A stretch of DNA of 64,000 nt. Source: Balanoglossus misakiensis. Taxonomy: Eukaryota; Animalia; Hemichordata. Where the stretch lies: positions 9,821,846 through 9,885,845 of the forward strand of contig CM082577.2 in NCBI GenBank assembly GCA_040954595.2, in the 5' to 3' direction. Below the pieces are notes generated by a model. It was not told where the DNA came from. It saw only the letters and a list, made by a program, of their open reading frames with translations, and made no database searches. Positions 28,470 to 38,209 of the stretch are shown here, piece after piece. Every line of letters begins with the position of its first letter. Within the stretch, counting starts at the first letter, position 1. The position numbers and the translations under genes are program-made.

Positions 28470-28816
28470 AGGGACAAAGTCTCTCTCCAGCTGCCCCTTT
28501 TCCATTAATTATGTTTGATACAAGACACCATTTATGTTAATGTAAATGTGGATATATAGTGAATCAATGATCAACCACACAAAACTTCCATCCCACTTGT
28601 ATGATATGAGAGTAAAAACTCGCCCAAAATGATTAAATGGTAAAGAACGATTATTCATTTTGGCGAGTTTTTTCACTCTCCTGTCTATAAGGGGGATGGA
28701 ATTTGTGTGTGGTTGAACGTTCATTCACTATATATCCACATGTAGAATAACAAACGGTGTCTTGTATCAAATATAATTAATGGAAAAAAGGGTAGCGAGA
28801 GAGAGACTTTGTCCCT
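28470..28816. mobile_element. 347-bp fold-back (whole-length palindromic) MITE with TTAA TSD, Kolobok-like
   Basis: ttaa|AGGGACAAAGTCTCTCTC ... GAGAGAGACTTTGTCCCT|ttaa; the arms pair imperfectly along about 165 bp (e.g. TTTGATACAAGACACC / GGTGTCTTGTATCAAA and TGTGGATATATAGTGAAT / ATTCACTATATATCCACA). Confidence 0.9.
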
Positions 28817-28956
28817 TTAAGAACAATTTATATACGTTTCTGTATAGAAGACACAGTGGCTGAATTGACAGAGACCGACTTTACCAAATTTGATGAAACA
28901 TACTACAGGTAATCTGCACGTTTATGACGATGCTATGTTCTAAACGCGGGTGCCAA

Positions 28957-29030
28957 TCACATCACATCACATCACATCACACCACACCACACCGCACCGC
29001 ACCGCACCGCACCACATCACATCACATCAT
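28957..29030. repeat. Compound pentanucleotide microsatellite (TCACA)-(CCACA)-(CCGCA)-(TCACA)
   Basis: Directly visible. Confidence 0.9.
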
Positions 29031-30250
29031 AACACATCTCATAGTTCATATCATATTAGACACGATATATGATATTCATTAGAGACCCATTATATTTCCT
29101 TTGGGATCCCTTAAGGTCACGCTGTCCTTCACCAAGAAAACCATACCCTCTTAATATTAAGTACTGTCCAACTATAGTCTTGCTTGCACCAGATCTAGAG
29201 CTACACTCAATAATACATGTAGTACGCTATGGTACTGTAAATAGATAATACTAGCACTTCTCAGCAGGACAGACCCACGCCTAGTTAAAGCCACGATGTT
29301 CCTGTGTGTTTGCAAGATGTGTGTTTTTGTTTGTTTATTTTTCACCATGACCACACGTTTGAGTTTTTAAAGATCCTGCAAATGGAATTTATTTACCCGA
29401 AGCATTAACAATGTATTGCCTACCTAGCTACCTAAGTAACTAAAGAGCCAGGTAAATACATAAATAATTTCACTTCATCTCAGGACATCGTTACCTTTTT
29501 TCTCAAAAGAAAGTGCACACGTCTACCGGTAGTTTCCGGATTAGTAATGTCGTGCGGGGCTCATGAGGGAAGTGACCAATTAGTTTGTCACATGGTCTCT
29601 CTCCAAGGGACCGTGATCAAAAGGACTACAAACATGATACATACAGAAAAAATAACGAGTTTATCCACTAAAGAGGTCTCGTCCACACTGATGATCGAAC
29701 GGTACTGCTGTACGCCCCAAGTCGCCACAATTAGGCCTAATGCCCGCTGATTGGCAAGGAGGCAGCCCCAAATAACCCCCAATATTTTTCTTTATCACCC
29801 GCACGTTCTATCCATCGAGACAGTCCCGCTGAGAGGTATTGACTATTCACAATCATTGGGTACTGTTGGGCCTATCCATGCAGCGGGGCTCATGCTAGCT
29901 GGCTGCCACGGGGCAAGACTGTGGATTGCCTCTACCGCTCAGACTGAGGTCGCAGTCTTCTCGGTGAAGGACAGCTGCTGCCTGAAGGACCTCAAACAGA
30001 AACACAATGGCTCGCTAATCACGGTCTATCCACGGAGAAACGTGGAGAGACCGCGCTCTAATGAAGCGCTCATTTCCTGTCTGACATTGTTTAAAATGCA
30101 CGTCCGCGTTTACACCATGCACTCGACAGCAATTTCTATAATGAGTTGACAATAATCGGGCGCATCCATGTATTTTGTCTCGGATCGCCCATTTCTGACA
30201 ATGGCGTCAGGTTATGGTTTAAATTTTGACCAATTTGGTCATCGGATATA

Positions 30251-30333
30251 CAGGTAAACCTGTAATTGCGGACACCTATTTAATCAGTATCCCTCTTAAT
30301 TAAGGACATATGTTCTGGTCCGAGGTTTTACTG
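30251..30333. mobile_element. Short TA-flanked pogo/Tigger-like MITE
   Basis: ta|CAGGTAAACCT ... AGGTTTTACTG|ta imperfect TIRs. Confidence 0.5.
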
Positions 30334-32123
30334 TACAGGGTAGTACGACGTCTGGGAGTGTAATGGCGACCACCTGTTGAATGAATTGCTGCGACGATAT
30401 TTGTCGAATGTTCTTGTAATTAAATTTGTGCGACCTCAAAGTACATCTTTTGGGGGCCATGTGGTGTCATTTTCCCGCGCGACCGACATTGATCAGGCGC
30501 GATTGATACTCCCATGAAGTATACTCCAAGACGCCCGCGCTTTGGTACTTGGCGCGCAAACAAACACCCAAGTTGACAAACACAATGCGTCACACATCCT
30601 GCTTGTCAGCTTCTGCAATCGGTCGAGGATAATCGCTTGAAAATCACTGCGATTTGGTGATTTTCGGGTCATTTGGAAATTACAGCCGACATCATGATTT
30701 CGTGTTAACATTGAAAATATTATAATAGTCGCGCGTGATCTTCTGCACGGACGCGCTGCGCGGTTTCCTTGAGACTGGTAGGGTGCGCGCGCACTTATAC
30801 GGTCTTCAAGGTGATATTATTTGTGCTACATTTTTGTACGTGAAGTTTCACGGAGAATTACACATTTCAAGTATGCTCATCTATTCAAAGGTGTCAAAAG
30901 GTGCAGTCGGCATAATTTACCTAAGACACTACATTCGCTTCGACGGAAGCCTTGAAATGTTGAGTGACAGGCAAAACAAACACAAACCGCAGCAGATGCC
31001 ATACAACAAAAACTGCTCGCCATCTCGGAAAACGCACATTCGTAAAAAAATTCGCATCATAACGATGTAAATATGCCCAAAGGTCTGCAGTTGAGTTCGG
31101 TGCGTTGCTAATGGCAACGATAAGTAGGTAGGGGAATTACGTCCAATTATCCAAATAGACCGTGCTGCAATTTAACTGTTGACTTAAATCTTGAACATGT
31201 CTGAACTCCGCTGTGTTAATTGTGGACCTGCCACGATTTATGAGAAAATTGCACATTGCACATACATTGGATGTAATTCGGTGATCGGCGATCTGACGAT
31301 AATATTGATTTATGGCATTTGGTAGAGTCTTTTGACAAAGTGGCATTAGCTTCTCCGATAGATTTTTATTTTGCCTTGTTCGCTCACCTGTAATATATCG
31401 TATCTGGACTGACACACAAGGACAGAATGTGTTAGCTTTGTGATCACATGGATTAAAAAATACGAGTCAAATTTTCTCGGTTCGTCAGCTTTAGTTGTTC
31501 GCTAGTCGCGGATCAATGCCCATTAAACAACGTATGATTCGAATCGATTATGTTATCAAGTATTTTGAACAACAAAAATCCCGAAGCCTTACGGTAATCG
31601 CGTAATGTGCGTGACCCCAAGTGAAGCCACCTCTTCCAACCAACCCCGCAGACGACAAGGAAAAGACGCGTCCTTGGGATGCCTACTGAGTGTGCGCAGT
31701 GAGACGGCGACGCTGGGGTAGGCTCGTCCCCCGTCGATAATTGGAGCCGCTGCGCACGCACTACTTTGTAGCTGTTGCACGCCCGCTTAAATTCTGATCA
31801 TTATAGAGCTTGGATCCGTCACAAATTGTCCCACTTTGTACACATGCGCGCGCAGCCATTATCTCGTTCAAATTAAGTGGGTGCCGCTGTGGGCTTGACG
31901 GTTTCTTGCATCTAACAACATTGGCATGGTGATTATTTGTTCATCTTGTCTTCATTTCAGTCTAGACATCAGTTTTTGTACACCTATTTCCACACAAGGG
32001 AGTAAAACAAGCATACGTGGAGAAATCTGTGACAATAATATACATTTGGATTGTACACTCATTGATATGTTCATGTTTAAAGTTCTCGTGGTATGTGATT
32101 ATGTATGTAATTATTTAATTACG

Positions 32124-32381
32124 TGTATGTATGTATGTATGTATGTATGTATGTATGTATGTATGTATGTATGTATGTATGTATGTATGTATGTATGTAT
32201 GTATGTATGTATGTATGTATGCATGCATGCATGCATGCATGTATGTATGTATGTATGTATGTATGTATGTATGTATGTATGTATGTATGTATGTATGTAT
32301 GTATGTATGTATGTATGTATGTATGTATGTATGTATGTATGTATGTATGTATGTATGTATGTATGTATGTATGTATGTATG

Positions 32382-32411
<30 letters not shown>
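32124..32411. repeat. (TATG)n microsatellite with an internal (CATG)n block
   Basis: Directly visible. Confidence 0.97.
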
Positions 32412-32412
<1 letters not shown>

Positions 32413-32962
32413 CGAAGTTGTCGGTGTACTTGTTGGCATGATGACAAGTGCCAATGATCAGCAAATTTATGATTCAAGAGTTTGTCAAACATCCAAAAAC
32501 GACAACATCCTTTGCTAATTAAAAGATATTTAGTGGGTAGTGTAAATGTGAGCGTTGCGTTTAAAAAAAGTCACGCGAACCGAACGCATGACGATCCCAA
32601 GCGACATTTTTCTGGAATGTTGTAGTTTTGTAATGCTATATATATCAACCCCACCGATAGCTTTGTAAATGATAATTGTTTTCTAAAATGCCCCCATTTT
32701 TATTTTGAATTGATATCGCAGTAAGTTTCTTGCAGGAAATTGTAACCCGTATCTACCATAAGGGAATAATAATTCGAGATCTTGAACGCATGCAATTAAG
32801 GCTTCCTATGACGACGACGAGAAGTATCACGACTGACCCCCCGCTGCCAATTTGTGAGGCGATAATTAGACCTCGCATCGTTTCCTGTCCCTGTCACTGT
32901 CAGTTGCTGTGAATAAAGGTAGAGTTGTTTATACTTCCGGCGAGAAATATTGGTAATGAGGG

Positions 32963-32977
32963 CGAGAGAGAGAGAAC

Positions 32978-33009
<32 letters not shown>

Positions 33010-33084
33010 AGGGAGAGAGAGACAGAGGTGGGAGAGGAAGAGAATGAGAGACAGAGACAGATAGAGAGAGACAGAGGGAGAGAG
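32963..33084. repeat. GA-rich degenerate dinucleotide repeat
   Basis: Directly visible. Confidence 0.9.
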
Positions 33085-35956
33085 GGACATCCTTCATTAA
33101 ATTTAACACTGTGCTATCGCACTGCACAAAAGCAGTTCGGTAGGTTGGCGCATAAGTGCTTGTGAACCTTCACATTGTTTATTTAATCCGATCTAGGAAA
33201 TCCCCGTCCTTGTCATGATCAGAAGAACGCAGAGCGAAAGGCACTGACTCTTATAATCACTAAGCCAGTAAACAGCACATGACGATGCGGCGCCAAGCAT
33301 AGGGCTGTGTGTTGAGGCATTCAAAGTTCGCGACCAAGGTCGCGGGTGTCTTATATCTCACAATGCTCAGACAACGGCTTGTGCATCAATAATTGCTGTA
33401 CACTGCGTCTTTAAAAATAATCCAAGATGTACTCTTGCCTTTTATTCTCGAGTTAGGCGCATGCGTATAGAGTTCGTCTTATACATCCTCCTCTTTCATA
33501 TTTTGTCACAGAGTGCACTTTCATACAATACAACAATGCATATCGGAGTTTGCAAAAAAAAAATAAAAAAATACAGAGGTGAATTTCACTTCGCACACAA
33601 TAACAGTTCCCTGTGATCCAGGGCAGTGATTCATAAGTTGATGGCCTCTCTATCGAGATTATTGTAAGACGTTCACGCCCAAAAGGGTATCCCACAATGC
33701 CTGCTGTTTTTTTTACCCTGGAGATCTTATTCTCGAACCCTGGGTACTTTTTTTTGGAGACAAAGTAAAAGAACCCCGGACAATAAGCTCCTTATACCTG
33801 GTACACAAAACTGCGCCTGAACGCTTTCGGAAATTTCCAAACCTTTGCTTTCGTGAGCTCACATCTTTCTGAAATTGGAGAACTGTTCGAAATAACAACG
33901 TTGCAACATGTAAACACTTTGCACACGATGCAAATTAGCTCCAAGAAAGTTGAACGTTATTTTTTTTAAAATGGGAATAAATATTCCATTACTATGAATT
34001 AGAAAATGTGTCATGTTTACGTTTATGAGATATACACACAATGTCCAATATACACTACAGACTGAATGTCCTGCACATGGCGCGCTTGCCTGGCGCGCTC
34101 AGTGGCTTGCTGCGCGCGCCAGGGGGCTCGGTCCCTCCGGGCCCAGCAGGCCCATGGGCCCGCAGGGCTTGCTAATTAAATGTGTTTGGTGGGCCCGCAT
34201 TCGGGCCCACCGGGCCCAGCTAGCCCATGGGCCCGCTGCGCTTGCTGTGTTTGGCGGGCCCGAATGAACACATGAGAAGTCTGTCGGTCTTAGAATGATA
34301 AGAAGGCATGTTTGAGAATTCTGGAGTTAAGAATTGGGCTAGCATGTCACCCGTCGGAATAAATTAGACGTTTCGTGTGTGTCTGCACATGGACGTAAAA
34401 AGAGATGGTCTGCATGTGTCCGAGATGTAATCAATGTGTCATGGTTTACCACGACAAATTCTAGCTCAGTCTTCTTGATCGGGCCTAGATTGATCATTGC
34501 AACCTAATCATCAAAGTTAGCAAACATGTAAGATCGTTCGCGTTTGCCTGGGGTTCTACCTCCATTACTCGATCGGACTGTGACTCGATCTCTCTTCGTG
34601 ATGTGATGTCGTCGATCGACGCCATGTTTGTTTTAATACATGATTGTACAATCGCGCGTAGCTATGGTCTAACGCAGGGACTCTCTACCTGTTTCATCGC
34701 CTGATAAATTAGATGGATATTCTCAAAACAATAGAATGAATATTGTGTTCTGATTGCATTCTTCGTGTATCAAACTTTTATTTTATTGATTTCCTTTTGT
34801 TGTCATGGCCTTGCCAATAAACAGTCGTGTTTACTCGGTAAACAAGTGGAATCACAGACTTGCCTCAAAAACAAGAGTAGCAGGTGTAGTTCCTTTCCGT
34901 CCCACCTCCATGTAACAACATACAATCCGCATCAAACAAGCACTCCTGAATAACTATGAAATGTCTAGCTTGTGCTCATTCTGTCAAACTATTGCATAGA
35001 CTCCAGCCATATTCAATGCCAGTTTAAGTAGATCCTAAACTCACCGTCAGTGAGTTAGATACAGGTGCACACATACATGTATGACACTATTGTGAAGTAA
35101 CATTTCTTTTTATTTTAGAACATGTGAAAAATAATAGGGACAAGTCACATCAGAGTAGAATAAAAATGTCCTCAAGTACAAATAAACAGCAAAACGGGAA
35201 AATGCATCGATGTCGGAACTACTAAAGTCGAGAATCAGCTCTGAACTTATTCAGTAATCTAGTGCTTGGGGCGGAAACTTTAATGCAGAACACACTCTCT
35301 CGATATGCAAATATAACTTATTGAAACTCGTTGCCACACAAACAAATGACCAGAAACCATCGACACGGCACAGTCTATATATACATGTACACTGAGAAGC
35401 CATAGAGACGTGCATGTCCAAATAGACCTTCTGAATAATGATCCATCGAGCAACAACAACAAAAAGGAAAGGATCCTTTGTACTTTAAATACGACCGAAC
35501 TTTGCGAGGATTATCGGTTTGTCAATACGGTAACAGGTCGTTTCGGCCCAAAAGATTTTCGATCCCAATCGTTTCGGCCCCCAATTTTCGCCCCGACACC
35601 CCAGTCGTTTCGGTACTTATCGGTAATGGCCCAACTAAACTTGGCTCTAGGCCCCCCTGACTCATTGTTGCCTAGTTCAGTAAAGGGGCGATGTCAGTGG
35701 GACTGGCAGTGAGGGGCGACGGTGCATGCTCTCGTTTATGGTACCGTGTATTTTGAAATACAGGAGTCGACAAATGTGACGTGTAATAATTTGTACACAA
35801 TTTTCTTTACCCCAATACAAAAATGCCTTTCAGCACAGAAAAAAAATAACAAAGCAACGCCATTATCGTTAACACCTAATTGTTTCTCCCAATTTGAAGT
35901 GGTCTCTTTCGAAGATAAAGGATTCGTCATTAGAGTTACTCATTGTACAAACTGAC

Positions 35957-36058
35957 CACCTGTCAGACATTGTGGATTTTCCTTACATTTCTGCTTTCTA
36001 TCCGAGTTACTACCTGTAACCTGTCAGACATTGTGGATTTTCTGCTTTCTATCCGAGT
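35957..36058. repeat. Local tandem duplication inside the CACTA element
   Basis: ACCTGTCAGACATTGTGGATTTTC...TTCTGCTTTCTATCCGAGT occurs twice; the first copy has a short extra insert. Confidence 0.8.
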
Positions 36059-37321
36059 GCAGAGCGGGAAAACCCGCTGAGGCTATACCACTGTCAGAAG
36101 AAACAGCGAGGGCTTCGAACGTACTTTTATTTTTCACACTTAAATCACTGCTCGTAAATTAATGCATCAAAAGTAAAAATTTCCTTTTTCCTTTTAAATT
36201 TAAAAGTATATATGGCCTATGTCACGATCAAAATTGCGATTGTGTTTATAACTAGCATAGCTGCAATAATTAGAGTGATGGGTAGCTATTTTCGCTTGGT
36301 TGAATCACGGTCACTCCACAAGGGTCGCGGACGTAGTCAGATTTATGGACGAAAAAGTCAGAACAATCAAGACCGAGAGTATACTGCGAGCAGTCATACG
36401 CATTGATACTCATATGAAATCAACAATGAAGAATAATCTGCATAACAGGAAAAAGAAAGCCTACTGATGACTAGCCTGCACATTAGTAAATCACAGGTGT
36501 GAATGGGGTGGGCCCCGGGAGGTAGCCTTTGGTCAGGAGGATCGTACCGGCTACCCCATAAATGTATTTTTCACTAATTTGTGCGATCAAGTTTTTCTCC
36601 TCAACATGATCTCCAAAACTATAGAGTCTATTGCAGATTCAAAATCATATCCAGGGAATCCACAGATCGCGATTCGTGTTTTCTTGTGTTTATATTTAGC
36701 TGGAATAATTGTAACGGCATGCTGTTTTTGGTGTAGATGCCCGCACACTTACATGCAATGGACCGCAGTTACGTTGCGCGGTCGTGATGTAAATTTAGGA
36801 AATAGTGATACACTGCATCTATTAAAGCTTATCTTTGTTTCAGAGTAAAAATCTACCCGCTTTCTCTGTACTGTATCTCCCAGCGTCCACGGGTGTTACA
36901 TGTTTATGCTCGGCCAGCCACGTTCTTCAGGTTGTTATCACCTTTTTGTTCGTCAGTACTTCAAAATAAAAAATGTGTGAACTCAATGAACAAAAACTTC
37001 TGAAGTCAGTACATTTTTGTCTGTGATTTGTTTTAAAAATACAATTTGATGCGCCGGTCACTAGGATCCTAGGGTCATAGTTCTGAGTGTCAGGCTCATG
37101 AAAACAAGAACAATCTATGACTCAAATATTAGATACATACTAGTATTGTAATTTGCGTCTTACAAAGCACAATAATGTGACTTCATCCATTTCCCAAACA
37201 GAGAAACTAAGACAAATCAGTCAGAGTATCGACCACACTGTTGTCTGTGATCGACAACACGTATACGCGCGTCCGTTCACCGCGACAATAATGTGTGTAT
37301 TCGTTCAATTCATTCGATCAG

Positions 37322-38209
37322 GCACTATGAACATGCCCCCGCCGATTCCACCAGCGCCCACCTTGTCACCAACACCACTCCCACCACGCCCAGCCGCTGA
37401 TATTACACCACCGTTCCAAACTACACTACAGCCGGCAGTACAGCCGATTCTCACGTCTCCGCAGACAACGGGGATGACTGAGACTACTCCGCCTCCACTA
37501 TGGTTCCCTCCTATCACCGGGGATGTTCTCATACCAGAATCATATATAGACCGGTGTAAGGTCGTAAGTTGCTCTATAGGCAACTTTGCCAAGAACCTTG
37601 TGTTTATGGTTTATTCGCCGAGTGAACGCGCCGGACGTAAGTGCACAGGGCGTGTGTTTGGGGGTACCAAACAGAAATTGAAGTTAAGTCCCAGAAGGCT
37701 TAAGAAAGTTGAAGGAGCAACTTTCCGAAAATATTTTAGAAATAATGGACTCCGCCCTGACAATTAACGATGGTTTACGGGCAAGGGCGAGGGGAAAGCC
37801 AAAAATTCATGGGCTCGGAAGCCTCGCCCATGAATTTTGGCTTTCCTCGAGCCCGCGCCCATAAACAAACGTTTATGGTCAGGGCGGAGTCGGTTATTTC
37901 CATTATATTACCAACAAAATCAAGAAAACCGTCAAAATTTACGAAAATGTCCCACTAGGGGCCCCGGAACTTGTGTTACGCAAAATTTTGTATTCACTTA
38001 ACTGTTTGCTAATATTACTATTCAGATTTACGGGGATGTAAACAAACCATTACTGAGTATTTGTGGTCAGTGACGTCGTTCATCTCGACCAATTGAAATG
38101 CGACGCACAGGCCATGGTAATATAATCCCACGATTTCCCGCGATCCGCCGAGCGCGACGTGTGGTCAAAACAGTGCATCAAGGCAATCGATAAAGCTCTC
38201 CGCCGTTGA
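37322..38209 (+). pseudogene. Terminal exon of a Pro/Thr-rich + BEN-domain protein gene, interrupted by a 391-bp insertion
   Basis: Candidate acceptor ttcgatcag| at 37321. ORF reads Pro/Thr-rich linker then SCSIGNFAKNLVFMVYSPSERAGRKCTGRVFGGTKQKLKLSPRRLKKVEGATFRKY. Removing 37736-38126 continues in frame SHDFPRSAERDVWSKQCIKAIDKALRR* (TGA 38207-38209), matching by eye the BEN pattern NFA..L...(F/Y)S..E...R...G....K..L.P.RL......W..C..AID...R. Confidence 0.8.
37736..38126. mobile_element. Nested 391-bp non-autonomous hairpin element (CryptonA/Eulor-like architecture, tentative)
   Basis: Starts TTAGAAATAA; ~160-bp imperfect palindrome 37739-37900 (GACTCCGCCCTGAC...AAAGCCAAAAATTCATGGGC / GCCCATGAATTTTGGCTTT...GTCAGGGCGGAGTC); second inverted pair ATTATATTACCA (37902-37913) / TGGTAATATAAT (38115-38126); no TSD; boundaries supported by restoration of the BEN frame. 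Confidence 0.8.

Noticed and set aside
34494-34625. Minus-strand aacATGGCG start inside the CACTA element (MASIDDITSRREIESQ...)
   Set aside because: Good start context but only ~43 codons and no recognisable domain or downstream exon.
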